Origin: an uncultured Desulfobacter sp.
Lineage (GTDB): Bacteria; Desulfobacterota; Desulfobacteria; Desulfobacterales; Desulfobacteraceae
Direction: 5' to 3'
Length of the DNA stretch: 64,000 bases
Assembly: GCA_963665095.1 (NCBI GenBank)
Contig: OY762069.1
Span: 1,856,001-1,920,000 of the forward strand
The notes beneath the pieces were generated by a model, which was not told where the DNA came from, did no database searches, and saw only the letters and a list, made by a program, of their open reading frames with translations. Below, piece after piece: positions 50,380 to 62,124 of the stretch. The position numbers were made by a program, and so were the translations under genes. Every line of letters starts with the position of its first letter. Positions within the stretch are counted from its first letter, which is position 1.

Positions 50380-51309
50380 ATGGAATTAATTGAAGACTTG
50401 AATCAAATTAAGGCCCCTTATAAAAATGCCGTTATTACCATTGGTAATTTTGACGGGGTTCATAAGGGGCATCAGGCCCTTTTATACCAGGTAATTGAAG
50501 AAGGGGCCAAGATCGGCGGCACCAGTATTGCCATGACTTTTGAACCACATCCGTTAAGGGCATTGGGCCTTTCCAGCCCGCCCTTGATCACCCGGCGGGA
50601 CCAGAAAATTGAACTGATAGAGTCCTCGGGAATTGATGTTCTGATCTGTCTGCCCTTTGATAAAAACTTTGCCCAGATACCGGCCCAGGATTTCATTGAA
50701 AAAATTCTTGTTCAGAAAATCGGTATGAAAGCCATCATTATTGGTGCGGACTACTCCTTTGGAAAAAACCGGACAGGCAATATTGAGCTGCTGAAAACCA
50801 AGGGGGCTGAATTCGGATACGAGACCATTGTGTCGGACTGGATTCGTGATGTGGAAACCCACCGGGAGCGGATATCCAGCACAAGAATCAGAGAACTTGT
50901 CATGGACGGCCATGTAGACCGGGCAATGCAATATCTGGGTAGATATTATCAGATCAGGGGCAAGGTTATTAAAGGGCGAAAACGCGGCGGCAGCCAGCTT
51001 GGATTTCCCACGGCAAATATTAAACTTCATGACGAACTTTGCCCCAAACTCGGCGTATATGCCGTAACTGTTGAAACCATCCACAGCCGTTTCAATGGTG
51101 TGGCCAATATTGGTTTTTCACCCACTTTCGGGGATCAGATGTTCACCATTGAGGTCCATATTCTCGATTTCGATCAAGACATCTACGGCACCCGGATACG
51201 AGTTAATATGGTTGCCCGGCTCCGGGATGAAGTGAAGTTTTCAAGCATTGAAGAACTTTCCGCCCAAATCAGAAAAGATATTGAAAAGGCAAAGGAAATT
51301 TTAAAATAA
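50380..51309 (+). CDS. ribF: Bifunctional riboflavin kinase/FAD synthetase
   Basis: IGNFDGVHKGH, TFEPHP, ISSTRIR, LGFPTAN and EVHILDF motifs. Start placed at MELIED (50380). Confidence 0.97.
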   Translation: MELIEDLNQIKAPYKNAVITIGNFDGVHKGHQALLYQVIEEGAKIGGTSIAMTFEPHPLRALGLSSPPLITRRDQKIELIESSGIDVLICLPFDKNFAQIPAQDFIEKILVQKIGMKAIIIGADYSFGKNRTGNIELLKTKGAEFGYETIVSDWIRDVETHRERISSTRIRELVMDGHVDRAMQYLGRYYQIRGKVIKGRKRGGSQLGFPTANIKLHDELCPKLGVYAVTVETIHSRFNGVANIGFSPTFGDQMFTIEVHILDFDQDIYGTRIRVNMVARLRDEVKFSSIEELSAQIRKDIEKAKEILK

Positions 51310-51840
51310 ATGGCTATTCTTGATATTGTGACCTACCCGGAACCCTTATTAAAAAAGGTGTCAGAACCTGTTGAGACCATTGATGATGAAGTAAAAGAAC
51401 TCATTGATGATATGGGGCAGACCATGTTTCATGACGCAGGCGTAGGACTTGCCGCCCCCCAGGTCGGTATTAACCGCAGAATTATCGTCTATGACACCCA
51501 TGCGGCAGATGAAGAAAGAGACGCGGAAGCAAAAGAATTTACAGCCCTGATCAACCCGGAAATTATTTCAAAATCCAAGGAGACCTTTACATCTGAAAAT
51601 GAAGGGTGTTTAAGTGTGATTGACTACCGGGCCGATGTCAAACGGCATTCAAACGTAACGGTGCGCGCCCAGACCATAGACGGAGAACCAATTGAATTTC
51701 AAGCGCACGGCCTTATGTCCGTTATCATGCAGCATGAGATTGATCACCTTGACGGTATTTTGTTTATTGACCGGATCTCCTCTTTAAAACGCACCATGTA
51801 TAAAAAGAAACGGTTAAAACAACTGAAAAATCCGACATGA
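51310..51840 (+). CDS. def: Peptide deformylase
   Basis: [13 protein letters not shown] and QHEIDHLDG motifs. Confidence 0.98.
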   Translation: MAILDIVTYPEPLLKKVSEPVETIDDEVKELIDDMGQTMFHDAGVGLAAPQVGINRRIIVYDTHAADEERDAEAKEFTALINPEIISKSKETFTSENEGCLSVIDYRADVKRHSNVTVRAQTIDGEPIEFQAHGLMSVIMQHEIDHLDGILFIDRISSLKRTMYKKKRLKQLKNPT

Positions 51841-52784
51841 AAAATACCCGCATCATTTTTATGGGAACCCCGGAGTTCTGCATCCCGGCCCTAAAGGCTC
51901 TGGCAGAAGAGCCGGGGTTTGACGTTTTACTGGCCGTCACCCAGCCGGACCGTCCCAAAGGCCGTGGTAAAAAGCTTACCCCCTCTGCCGTCAAAAAAAC
52001 GGCCATGGAACTTGGCATTGAAGTTTTTCAACCCGAAAAAATTAACACGGATGACGGCATACATAAGCTAAAGCTGCTGGAGCCTGATTTTTTTGTTGTG
52101 GTGGCCTACGGACAGATTCTTTCAAAAAAAATTCTGGATATCCCCAAGGTCTATCCCATCAACATCCATGCATCCATTCTGCCGCAGTACAGAGGTGCCG
52201 CCCCCATTCAGGCAGCAGTCAAGAACATGGACAAAAAAAGCGGTGTCACCACCATGGTGATGGCAGAGAAAATGGATGCAGGCGATATCCTTTTATGTGA
52301 AAAAACGATTGTGGATCCGGAAGAGACAGCTGCCGACCTGCATGACAGACTATCTCTCATTGGCGGCCGGCTGATTGTGAAAACCATCCATGAGATCAAC
52401 CAAGGTGTACTTGAACCCGTCCCCCAGGATCATCCAAACGCAAGTTACGTCTCATTGCTGAAAAAATCAGATGGCCGCATCAACTGGCATACGTCGGCCA
52501 AAGCGATCTGTGCCCACATCAATGCCATGACACCCTGGCCCGGAGCATTTTCAGAGCTTTCAGGCAACCGTCTGAAAATATTTAAAGCCCGGCCATCCAC
52601 AGCGTTCACTGGATCTTCCCCAAAGCCGGGAACCATTCTGTCCTGTAGCGATGACGGTATTTTTGTGGCATCAGATGCAGGCGTGGTCCAGATTCTTGAA
52701 CTGATGGGGAATTCGGGCAAACGGCTGGATGCGGCATCTTTTCTCAGGGGACATAAAATAGACCTGCCTGCCGGGCTTGAATAA
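51837..52784 (+). CDS. fmt: Methionyl-tRNA formyltransferase
   Basis: [17 protein letters not shown] and [16 protein letters not shown] motifs. Confidence 0.98.
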   Translation: MKNTRIIFMGTPEFCIPALKALAEEPGFDVLLAVTQPDRPKGRGKKLTPSAVKKTAMELGIEVFQPEKINTDDGIHKLKLLEPDFFVVVAYGQILSKKILDIPKVYPINIHASILPQYRGAAPIQAAVKNMDKKSGVTTMVMAEKMDAGDILLCEKTIVDPEETAADLHDRLSLIGGRLIVKTIHEINQGVLEPVPQDHPNASYVSLLKKSDGRINWHTSAKAICAHINAMTPWPGAFSELSGNRLKIFKARPSTAFTGSSPKPGTILSCSDDGIFVASDAGVVQILELMGNSGKRLDAASFLRGHKIDLPAGLE

Positions 52785-52786
52785 CC

Positions 52787-54154
52787 ATGACCATAGACCC
52801 TCGCCATATGGCTTTCAGCCTGATTGAATCGGCACAAAAGCCCCTTTTGACCCTTGACCGGGCTGTTGAAGAAGCAAAGGAGCAGCTTGACCAGATGGAC
52901 CGCAAGGACAGAAATCTTTGCAACGCCATTGTGTTTGGGGTATTCAGACACCGGGGCAGGATTGACCACTATATCCGGCATTGCTCAAAGATCCCGTTTA
53001 ACCGGATGGATCCTTATGTAAAAACCATTTTACGCCTTGGGGTTTTCCAGATTGTTTTCCTGGACCGGGTACCTGATTTTGCTGCCATTCATACCAGCAT
53101 TGAGCTGGCCAAATTAAAAACCGGAAAAAAGGCATCTGGATTTATTAATGCTGTGCTGCGCAATGTCGCCCGGACGCACGAAACCATTGACCTGCCCTCC
53201 CAGGATCAGGACATAGCCGCCCACCTGGAGGCGGCCTGTTCGATTCCCGCCTGGCTTGGCCAGCGTTGGGAAAAAAGATATGGAAATGACAAAGCCCTTA
53301 TGCTTGGACAAACCTTAATGGAACTGCCCAGGTGTACATTGAGGATAAACCCGCTGAAAACCAGCCGTGATGCGTTAATTGCCCAGATGGACGCCCAGGG
53401 TATCAAGGCATTCAAAACCGGGTTCAGTTCCCTTGGAATCACCGTGGAACTGATGGGACATGGGGTCACGGATCTGCCCGGGTTCAGTGAAGGTTTTTTC
53501 CAGATCCAGGATGAAGCAGCCCAACTGGCAGCAGAGCTTCTTGGCGCACGCCCCGGAGACAAAGTGCTGGACGCCTGTGCCGGTCTTGGTACAAAATCCT
53601 TCCACACAGCTTTTAAGATGGATAACACCGGAGAGGTCACCGCCAATGATACCGTTGCAAGAAAAGCAGGACCTCTGGAAACCGAAGCCGACCGTCTGGG
53701 TATTGACATTATTCGCACGTCCTGCGTGGACATGACCAGGGCATGCATCAACGACTTTTCCGGCTATTTTGACCGGGTACTGGTGGATGCCCCCTGCTCC
53801 GGCCTCGGCGTCTTGGCAAGAAATCCGGACACCCGCTGGAAACGAAAGCCAAAAGATCTTGCACGAATGGCCGCCCTGCAAAAAAAAATATTGAACGGCG
53901 CTGCCAATGTGGTTGCACCGGGCGGCGTTCTGGTGTATGCAGTTTGCTCCTGTGAGCCGGAAGAGACCGTTGAGGTGGTGGACCGCTTTTTAAACAAAAG
54001 AAAAGACTATTTACCGGATCCGGAAGGGTTTGAAAATCAGCTGCCCTTTTTTTGTAATCCGGATTCTAAGACCTTTTACCGGGCCACCTATCCCAACCAC
54101 ACCGGGATGGACGGTTTTTTCATGGCCAGGATTAAACGAGGAACAAGGAGATAA
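52787..54154 (+). CDS. rsmB: 16S rRNA m5C967 methyltransferase RsmB (Sun)
   Basis: NusB-like N-terminus (FINAVLR); IQDEAA, LDACAG, DAPCSGLG, YAVCS and DGFF motifs; follows def-fmt. Confidence 0.95.
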   Translation: MTIDPRHMAFSLIESAQKPLLTLDRAVEEAKEQLDQMDRKDRNLCNAIVFGVFRHRGRIDHYIRHCSKIPFNRMDPYVKTILRLGVFQIVFLDRVPDFAAIHTSIELAKLKTGKKASGFINAVLRNVARTHETIDLPSQDQDIAAHLEAACSIPAWLGQRWEKRYGNDKALMLGQTLMELPRCTLRINPLKTSRDALIAQMDAQGIKAFKTGFSSLGITVELMGHGVTDLPGFSEGFFQIQDEAAQLAAELLGARPGDKVLDACAGLGTKSFHTAFKMDNTGEVTANDTVARKAGPLETEADRLGIDIIRTSCVDMTRACINDFSGYFDRVLVDAPCSGLGVLARNPDTRWKRKPKDLARMAALQKKILNGAANVVAPGGVLVYAVCSCEPEETVEVVDRFLNKRKDYLPDPEGFENQLPFFCNPDSKTFYRATYPNHTGMDGFFMARIKRGTRR

Positions 54155-54157
54155 TTT

Positions 54158-54808
54158 ATGGCAATCATTGCCCCTTCCATTCTATCCGCCGACTTTACCT
54201 GCTTGGGAAGCGAAGTAAAAGCGGTTGAACAAGCAGATGCCGACTGGATCCACATTGATGTCATGGACGGACGGTTTGTGCCCAACATCACCTACGGCCC
54301 CATTGTTGTGGAGGCCTGCAAACGCGCATGCAGCCTTGAACTGGACGTACACCTGATGATTGATACCCCGGATGCCAGGATTCCTGATTTTGCCAGGGCC
54401 GGTGCCGACTATATAAGCGTCCATGCGGAAGCCTGCAGCCATCTGCACCGAAGCCTTCAGCTGATCAAAAGCCTGGGTGTCAAGGCGGGTGTTGCCCTGA
54501 ACCCGGCAACCCCTTTGTCCGCCATAGAATATGTGGTAGACCAATTGGATTTTGTTTTGATCATGAGTGTCAACCCGGGGTTCGGCGGCCAGAAATTTAT
54601 TGAGTCCTCCATAAAAAAGATAGAAACCCTGTCAAAAATGCTCACCGATGCCGGCTCCAATGCCATTATCCAGGTGGACGGCGGCGTCAATAAAGAGACC
54701 ATCAGCGCAGTGTCAAAGGCAGGCGCCACAAGCTTTGTGGCAGGCTCTGCCATTTTCAAAACGCCCGACTACGCAGCAACCATTAAAGAGCTTCGTAGAG
54801 CGTTATAA
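54158..54808 (+). CDS. rpe: Ribulose-phosphate 3-epimerase
   Basis: [31 protein letters not shown] and VDGG motifs. Confidence 0.98.
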   Translation: MAIIAPSILSADFTCLGSEVKAVEQADADWIHIDVMDGRFVPNITYGPIVVEACKRACSLELDVHLMIDTPDARIPDFARAGADYISVHAEACSHLHRSLQLIKSLGVKAGVALNPATPLSAIEYVVDQLDFVLIMSVNPGFGGQKFIESSIKKIETLSKMLTDAGSNAIIQVDGGVNKETISAVSKAGATSFVAGSAIFKTPDYAATIKELRRAL

Positions 54809-54822
54809 AAATAAGGCAAGAT

Positions 54823-55374
54823 ATGAACAAAATGATTATATCCGTCCTGGCCCAGGACCGGCCAGGCATCATCGCCAGTGTAACCACTGATCTTTGCGAT
54901 CTTGGCTGCAACCTTGAAAATGTTAACCAGATGATCCTGCAAAATCAATTTGCAGGCTTCTTTGTCATTGAGGCACCCGAAAATGTTTCCTCTGAAACCA
55001 TCCGCAGCGAACTGACCCGGCGGGAGGAGTCAAAGGGGCTGACCATCCATGTCAGATCCCTTGAAGGCGACCTGCAACCGGCAGATCCGAATAAAGAGAT
55101 ATTTTTGATCACCACCAGCGGACCGGACCAGAAAGGGCTTGTGGCACAGCTTTCCACAATCATTGCAGATTTCGGAGGCAACATCGTGAACCTGAAAGCG
55201 GTGTTTATGGGCGGCAGCAACCCCAACGACAATGTCATGTCCTACCAGGTGCCCATTACAAAAGAGATCGACTCCCCTGCTCTTTTTGCCGCGTTGCGGA
55301 AGAAGGCAGCTAAGTTGAATCTGGATATCAGGATCCAGCACAAGAACATATTTGATGTGACCAACAAGATTTAG
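54823..55374 (+). CDS. Tandem ACT-domain protein (GcvR-like)
   Basis: Two ACT repeats, DRPGII and DQKGLV. Confidence 0.88.
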   Translation: MNKMIISVLAQDRPGIIASVTTDLCDLGCNLENVNQMILQNQFAGFFVIEAPENVSSETIRSELTRREESKGLTIHVRSLEGDLQPADPNKEIFLITTSGPDQKGLVAQLSTIIADFGGNIVNLKAVFMGGSNPNDNVMSYQVPITKEIDSPALFAALRKKAAKLNLDIRIQHKNIFDVTNKI

Positions 55375-55483
55375 CACTCCTGGCCAGGCCCGGAGTGCCT
55401 GTCCGGTCCCGGCCTGCAACAAAACAGGAAAGACATTGGGGTTGAAACCTGAAGTTCTTTCCAAACAAAAGGAAAACTTTAAC

Positions 55484-56854
55484 GTGTTTGAAGATCAAGA
55501 AATCATCTCCACCATTGAGATGGTGAAAAACGAAAACCTGGACGTACGGGCAGTCACTTTAGGTGTCAGCCTGTTTGACTGCATCTCCCATGACCTGAAT
55601 GTGTTCAAGAAAAACATCCGGAAAAAAATCATCGGTCATGCCGGAACCCTCGTGGAAACCTGCGATCAGGTGGGTGACAAGTACGGTATCAAGGTGGTCA
55701 ACAAACGGATTTCCATCTCCCCCATTGCCCTGGTGGGAGCCGCCTTCTCTTCGGAGCAGATGGTGGAGATCGCCCAAGAACTCAACGACATTGCCAAAAC
55801 CGTGAATGTGGATTTCATTGGCGGGTTTTCTGCACTTGTGGAAAAAGGCATTGCAAAAGGTGACCAGGCCCTGATCAATGCCATCCCCAAGGCCCTGACA
55901 GAAACCCAGCGGATCTGTGCGTCCGTAAATGTGGCCACCACCAAGGCAGGTATTAATATGGATGCGGTGCTGGAGATGTCAAAGGCCATTAAAAAAGCGG
56001 CCGCACTTACGGCGGACGACGACGGTATAGCCTGTGCCAAGCTGTGCGTCTTTTCCAACATCCCCCAGGATATGCCCTTCATGGCCGGGGCCTATCTCGG
56101 AGTTGGCCAGGCAGACGCAGTCATTAATGTCGGCGTATCCGGCCCCGGGGTGGTCAAACGCGCCATTGAAAGAAACCTGGCCACCCAGCGCCTAAGCCTG
56201 GGTCGCATTGCAGAAATCATCAAGCGCACAGCCTGCAAGGTGACCCGGGTGGGAGAGCTCATCGGCCGGGAGGTGGCGGATATCTTAAACATCCGGTTCG
56301 GCGTGGTGGACCTCTCCCTGGCCCCTACCCCCACTGTGGGAGACAGTGTGGGGGAAATCTTCCAGGCCTTGGGGCTGTCCCACATCGGCGTGCCCGGCTC
56401 CACAGCCGCTCTGGCCATGCTCAATGATGCCGTAAAAAAAGGCGGAGCCTTTGCCTCATCTCATGTAGGCGGGCTTTCCGGCGCTTTTATTCCGGTGAGC
56501 GAAGATTTAAACATTGCCGAAGCCGCCCGCCAAGGTTATCTGACGGTGGAAAAGCTCGAAGCCATGACCTGTGTCTGCTCCGTCGGGCTTGATATGGTGG
56601 CGGTGCCCGGCGATATTACCGAGCAGGTACTGGCCGGCATGATTGCCGACGAGATGGCCATTGGTATGATTAACGCCAAAACCACGGCCACACGCATTAT
56701 TCCTGTCCCAGGTAAAAAAGCCGGCGATAGTGTGATGTTTGGCGGACTTCTAGGCAAGGCCACCATCATGGATGTTCCGCATCTGGACCTTACCGATGCC
56801 TTTGTGGGCTACGGCGGCCATATCCCTGCGCCCATTCACAGCCTGAAAAATTAG
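55484..56854 (+). CDS. PFL-family / DUF711 (UPF0210) protein
   Basis: NLDVRAVTLG, VNKRISISPI, PFMAGA, VGVSGPGVV, DLSLAPT, GGLSGAFIPVSED and PAPIHSLKN motifs. Probable GTG start at 55484. Confidence 0.93.
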   Translation: MFEDQEIISTIEMVKNENLDVRAVTLGVSLFDCISHDLNVFKKNIRKKIIGHAGTLVETCDQVGDKYGIKVVNKRISISPIALVGAAFSSEQMVEIAQELNDIAKTVNVDFIGGFSALVEKGIAKGDQALINAIPKALTETQRICASVNVATTKAGINMDAVLEMSKAIKKAAALTADDDGIACAKLCVFSNIPQDMPFMAGAYLGVGQADAVINVGVSGPGVVKRAIERNLATQRLSLGRIAEIIKRTACKVTRVGELIGREVADILNIRFGVVDLSLAPTPTVGDSVGEIFQALGLSHIGVPGSTAALAMLNDAVKKGGAFASSHVGGLSGAFIPVSEDLNIAEAARQGYLTVEKLEAMTCVCSVGLDMVAVPGDITEQVLAGMIADEMAIGMINAKTTATRIIPVPGKKAGDSVMFGGLLGKATIMDVPHLDLTDAFVGYGGHIPAPIHSLKN

Positions 56855-56861
56855 GGTCTGC

Positions 56862-58046
56862 ATGGACAAAGCTACGCCTGCGGGCCAGGCATCTTTTCCG
56901 GACAAGATTGATTATAAAATTGTCTTTATGTTAAGTCTGGTCCACTTTACCGGTGATTTTTACTCTTCTTTTTTCACCCCGCTTCTGCCGGCTTTCAAGA
57001 CCAAACTGTGCCTGACCCTGGCCCAGATCGGGTTCATCACCGGCACAGTACGGTTTTTATCTTTTGTGGTGCAGCCGGTGGTGGGCTATATGGCAGACCG
57101 ATACGAAACCCGCTGGTTTCCCTTAACCGGGCTGCTCCTGACCTTTTTCATTATCCCGTTTTCAGGCATTGCTCCCAACTACTGGATATTGATGCTCATT
57201 CTTTGCATAGGTTCCTTTGGGTCCTCCATGTTCCATCCCTCTACCTCGGGGATGGTCAATATGTATGCCGGGAACCGGGCCGGGTTTGCCCAGTCCCTTT
57301 TCAACACCGGAGGAACACTTGCCTTTGCGTTAGGCCCTGTTTTTATTACCTGGTATGTGAGTTGTTTCGGCCTTGCCGCCATGCCATGGACAGCCATCAT
57401 CGGCCTGATATCCTTTCTCTTCTGCCTGAAATACCTGCCGCGGCCGGTGTCTGAAAATACAGCGGGCTTAAGTTTTATCAACAGCTTAAAAAAAACCTTC
57501 GGTAAGGTATATAAAACTGTTTTCCTGATCTGGCTGGTCATGGTGCTTCGGGCAGTGGTGGGCCAGACGTTTCTGACCTTCATTCCCATTTACCTGACCC
57601 ACAAGGGGTTTGCCCTGCCCTCGGTGGGTGTGATCATTGCACTTTTCACCATTGCCGGCACCCTTTCGGGCATGATTGCCGGATATTGTGCAGACCGGTT
57701 CGGGTTCAAACCGGTTTTCTTCTTATCCTATCTGCTCATGGCGCCCACCTTGCTCATGTTTCTTTTTTGGCAGGGAACCGGCGTCTATTTTGGCGCTTTT
57801 CTTTCCGGTTTTTTTGTACTGGCCCCCATGCCCCTTGGCGTGGTCATGGCCCAGAAACTTGCGCCCGGCTCCCGGGCCATGGCGGCAAGCCTGATGATGG
57901 GGCTGGCCTATGGACTTGGGGGTGTCATTGCGCCTGCCATGGGATGGCTGGCAGATATTTACGGTTTGGAGATTGTGCTGAAAGGCTGTGCGTTTATTCC
58001 GCTTTTATGCCTTATCCCCATCGTCATGTTTAAAAATATCAAATAG
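56862..58046 (+). CDS. MFS transporter (Fsr-like)
   Basis: About 12 TM segments; QPVVGYMADR, FHP and GYCADRFG motifs. Confidence 0.92.
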   Translation: MDKATPAGQASFPDKIDYKIVFMLSLVHFTGDFYSSFFTPLLPAFKTKLCLTLAQIGFITGTVRFLSFVVQPVVGYMADRYETRWFPLTGLLLTFFIIPFSGIAPNYWILMLILCIGSFGSSMFHPSTSGMVNMYAGNRAGFAQSLFNTGGTLAFALGPVFITWYVSCFGLAAMPWTAIIGLISFLFCLKYLPRPVSENTAGLSFINSLKKTFGKVYKTVFLIWLVMVLRAVVGQTFLTFIPIYLTHKGFALPSVGVIIALFTIAGTLSGMIAGYCADRFGFKPVFFLSYLLMAPTLLMFLFWQGTGVYFGAFLSGFFVLAPMPLGVVMAQKLAPGSRAMAASLMMGLAYGLGGVIAPAMGWLADIYGLEIVLKGCAFIPLLCLIPIVMFKNIK

Positions 58047-58048
58047 GG

Positions 58049-59737
58049 ATGCCCATGCCGGATGTAGTGTTGATAGCCCCGCCCATCCAGGAATTTTATC
58101 TGACAAAAAAAAGGACGGTCCCTTACGGATTGGCAGCCATTGCCGGCAGCCTTGAAGCAGAAGGGTTCACCTGCACCATCATCGACGCCTTGGCCCGGGA
58201 CAAGGTGAAAGTAATTGATTATCCTGAATTATTTTCATATCTTGTCCCTTATTACGGCCGGTCGGATATCTCTTTATTCTCCCTGTTCCACCAGTTTAAA
58301 CATTTTGGATTCAGCTATGAACATATCGGGCATCTGACAAGAAAAGCCCGGCCCAAGGTGGTGGGAATTTCATCACTATTTACCCCGTACTGCGACCAGG
58401 CACTGGAAACGGCCAAAGCCGTCAAACGCTTCTGTCCCGATACTGTTGTGGTTTTGGGCGGACATCATCCCACCCACTTTCCTAAACAAACCCTTTCCTG
58501 CAGTGCTGTGGATTTTGTATTGAGAGGCGAAGGAGAAAAGACGTTTCCAGAACTTTGCAGGCTGTTAAAAGCCCAAGGGAAATATGTTCGTCCGGATGAG
58601 GCGGCGTTAAAACAGATCAAGGGGATTGCATTTAGGGCAGATGATACAATTTTCGTCAATCCCCCGGCCTGGGTGGAAGACCTTGGCAGCCAGGCCACCC
58701 TCGATTTTGAAAAAATTGACTGGCACTATTATCAGCGAAAAAAAAAAGCAGCCATCACAGTGGTGGCATCCAGGGGATGCCCTTTTACCTGCTCCTATTG
58801 TGCTGTATCGGCATCCGGCAGCCACGGCCGGTTTCGGCAACGGCCGGTATCCGACATCCTTGCAGAGATTCAACTCCAGGCAAAAAAGCGACCAATCGGA
58901 TTCATTGATTTTGAAGATGAGAACCTGACACTTAAAAAAACCTGGGTTCTTGAACTGTTGGATGGCCTTGACAACATATTTAAAGGGAAATCCGTTGAAC
59001 TGAGGGCCATGAACGGTCTTTACCCCCCCTCTTTAGATGAAGAGATCATCTTGGCCATGAAACGGGCCGGATTTAAGACACTGAATCTGTCTGTGGGATC
59101 GTTTTCAAAGGAACAGCTAAAACAGTTCAGGCGGGCGGATGTACGCAACGCCCATGACCGCGTTCTTGACATGGCAGAACGTTGCGGCATGGACTGCGTA
59201 TCTTATATTTTAGGGGCAGCCCCGGGCCAGTCCCCGGAGACCAGCCTCAACGATCTTTTCATGCTGGCTTCCAGAAGAACCCTGGCCGGCTTTTCCGTCT
59301 ACTATCCAGCCCCGGGCAGTGTTGATTATGCCCTTTGCGAAGACAGACACCTGCTCCCGGAAAATTTTACCATGATGCGCTCCACAGCACTGCCCGTATC
59401 AGACACCACCTCTAAGATCCAGGCGTTAACTCTTTTGCGGCTGGCAAGAATACTCAATTACCTGAAATCTTGTGCTGGGACAGATACGGATCTGCCCTGT
59501 GCACTTTCCGGTAAGGCGCGTTCGGCCACGGAGTCTGGACGGGCGGCTTCAAATCCGGACCGGGAAAGGGCCAGTGACCTGTTAATCCGCATGTTTCTTA
59601 CCGATGCCGTGCCCCGGGGCATGGATCACCAGGGCAACATCTATGTTCATCCCCATTGTCCGGATTTATGCAAAAAATTTGTTGATAAAATTGGCCGGAT
59701 CAGAATCTGCCCAATCAGACAGGCGGGTGACTTATAA
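58049..59737 (+). CDS. Cobalamin-binding radical SAM protein
   Basis: B12-binding-like N-terminus (PYGLA, VGIS, GGHHP, GEGE) and SRGCPFTCSYC (CxxxCxxC). Confidence 0.92.
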   Translation: MPMPDVVLIAPPIQEFYLTKKRTVPYGLAAIAGSLEAEGFTCTIIDALARDKVKVIDYPELFSYLVPYYGRSDISLFSLFHQFKHFGFSYEHIGHLTRKARPKVVGISSLFTPYCDQALETAKAVKRFCPDTVVVLGGHHPTHFPKQTLSCSAVDFVLRGEGEKTFPELCRLLKAQGKYVRPDEAALKQIKGIAFRADDTIFVNPPAWVEDLGSQATLDFEKIDWHYYQRKKKAAITVVASRGCPFTCSYCAVSASGSHGRFRQRPVSDILAEIQLQAKKRPIGFIDFEDENLTLKKTWVLELLDGLDNIFKGKSVELRAMNGLYPPSLDEEIILAMKRAGFKTLNLSVGSFSKEQLKQFRRADVRNAHDRVLDMAERCGMDCVSYILGAAPGQSPETSLNDLFMLASRRTLAGFSVYYPAPGSVDYALCEDRHLLPENFTMMRSTALPVSDTTSKIQALTLLRLARILNYLKSCAGTDTDLPCALSGKARSATESGRAASNPDRERASDLLIRMFLTDAVPRGMDHQGNIYVHPHCPDLCKKFVDKIGRIRICPIRQAGDL

Positions 59738-59746
59738 TTCAGCCGG

Positions 59747-59788
59747 AAAAGAAAAAACCTGCCGCCCCCAAGGGAAGAGGCGACAGGT
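59747..59788 (-). terminator. Probable intrinsic terminator of glnK-amtB
   Basis: Minus strand ACCTGTCGCCTC…GGGGCGGCAGGT followed by TTTTTCTTTT. Confidence 0.6.
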
Positions 59789-59846
59789 AGTCTTAAGAGC
59801 GTTTCGCGTGTAAGGAGGACGCGAAGCAGGGTCGTACAGAAGCGTT

Positions 59847-61265
59847 TTAGCTTTGTTTAGCCAGTTCTCCTGCATAGGAGGAGGAGGAGGAGGATGCCAG
59901 ACCGCCCCCGGTACTTCCGGAGTAACCGGATGCATGATTAATGGTTGAAAAATCAGGATATGCATTGCCACCGTGTTCAGTGGAGTCAAGACCCTCAAGT
60001 TCTTCTTCAGGAGAGACTCTCAAGCCCATGGTGGCATCAATTACTTTAAACAGGATAAATGCGGTACAAAAAGTCCAGGCAAAACAGGCAACAATACCGA
60101 TGCACTGTACGGAAATAATCTTAAGGGAGGTACCGCCGATGTTAAAGATACCGGCAGCAAGTGTGCCCCAGGCACCGTTGACACCGTGAACAGATACAGC
60201 ACCCACAGGATCGTCAATTTTAATTTTGTCAAAGAACAGTACAGAGAAGACAACCAGAATGCCGGCTACCAGACCAATGATGATTGCAGAACCAGGCGTT
60301 ACATTGGCACAACCGGCTGTAATACCTACAAGACCGGCCAACGCACCGTTCAAACTCATACCCACTTCAGGTTTTCCAAACTTAACCCAGGAAACGATCA
60401 TGGACATAACACAGCCGGCAGCAGCAGCCAGGTTGGTGTTAACAAAAATCATGGCAATGTCGGTGTTGGCTGCAGTGGTTGAACCCGGATTGAAACCGAA
60501 CCAGCCGATCCACAGGATAAAGACACCCAGCGCAGCCAGAGGAATATTGTGACCAAGAATAGGTTTCACGCCGCCGTCTTTGGTAAACTTGCCAAGCCGG
60601 GGGCCAAGAACGATGGCGCCGGCCAGTGCCGCCCAGCCACCCACAGAGTGAACAACCGTGGAGCCGGCGAAATCGATGAATCCAAGTCCTTCAAGCCAGC
60701 CGGAACCGTTGAACAGAGAACCCCATGCCCAGGAACCAAAGATCGGATAAATAAGTGCAGACAAAACAGCACTGTAAACAAGATAACCGGTAAATTTTGT
60801 ACGTTCCGCCATGGCACCGGATACGATGGTGGCGGCTGTGGCGGCAAACACGACCTGGAACATCCAGAATGCCAGGACCCAGGGGTCTCCACCCACTTCA
60901 AAGTCACTTAAGAAAAACCCGCTGGTGCCAAAAAATCCGGTTTTAGATGCACCAAACATCAGGCCGAAACCAATGGCCCAGTAGAACAAAGAGCCCATGG
61001 AAAAGTCCATCAGGTTCTTCATCATAATATTAACGGCATTTTTAGCCCGTGTAAAACCCGCCTCCACCATGGCAAAGCCGGCCTGCATAAAGAAAACAAG
61101 GGCGGCTGCAATAAGGGTCCAGACATAGTCGGCATTGGTCTGAACGGCTTTAATGGCATCGGCATTGGTCAGAACAGTCGGGGCTTCGTCGCTTCCCGCC
61201 CAGGCCGCAGTGATGGCACAGGCCAACGTTGTCAGGGTCATCAGTGCATATTTCATATATTTCAT
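59847..61265 (-). CDS. amtB: Ammonium transporter
   Basis: MQAGFA, SGAMAER, DFAGSTVVH, WIGWFGFN, NGALAGLV and DDPVGAVSVHG motifs; signal-like N-terminus. Confidence 0.98.
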   Translation of the reverse strand: MKYMKYALMTLTTLACAITAAWAGSDEAPTVLTNADAIKAVQTNADYVWTLIAAALVFFMQAGFAMVEAGFTRAKNAVNIMMKNLMDFSMGSLFYWAIGFGLMFGASKTGFFGTSGFFLSDFEVGGDPWVLAFWMFQVVFAATAATIVSGAMAERTKFTGYLVYSAVLSALIYPIFGSWAWGSLFNGSGWLEGLGFIDFAGSTVVHSVGGWAALAGAIVLGPRLGKFTKDGGVKPILGHNIPLAALGVFILWIGWFGFNPGSTTAANTDIAMIFVNTNLAAAAGCVMSMIVSWVKFGKPEVGMSLNGALAGLVGITAGCANVTPGSAIIIGLVAGILVVFSVLFFDKIKIDDPVGAVSVHGVNGAWGTLAAGIFNIGGTSLKIISVQCIGIVACFAWTFCTAFILFKVIDATMGLRVSPEEELEGLDSTEHGGNAYPDFSTINHASGYSGSTGGGLASSSSSSYAGELAKQS

Positions 61266-61301
61266 TTTGTAAAACCTCCGTATTAAAAGTTTAAATAATT
61301 A

Positions 61302-61757
<456 letters not shown>

Positions 61758-62124
61758 TTAGCTTTGACTATTTCTGACCCATCTATAATAAAATAACATT
61801 TTTGAAATTTTATAGATCACATTAATGTAATTTCATGTGTTTTAAAATTACCGGACGTAAATATTGACACATTTTTGTATTTTCATGAATAAACGAAATC
61901 CAGACATAGAAAGGAGGGCAGTATTCATGCACAAGTTAAACAGGGTTTAAAAATTTATCGGGTTGCCTCCCAGGTACCGCTCCAGGAAAAACATTTATGT
62001 AGAATCAATGAAAAATAAACAACAGGCAGTGTAAACTTAAACATAGCATGACCCCATATATTCTTTTTTCATTGACAAGAGCCAGTACCCGCGATTAAAC
62101 TTTTGTACATATGAACTATCATTC

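Noticed and set aside
59876..59895. (GGA)n run encoding poly-Ser in the AmtB tail, as a contingency locus or CsrA-binding site
   Set aside because: It is a short in-frame triplet run in a low-complexity tail, and the GGA motifs are on the non-transcribed strand.
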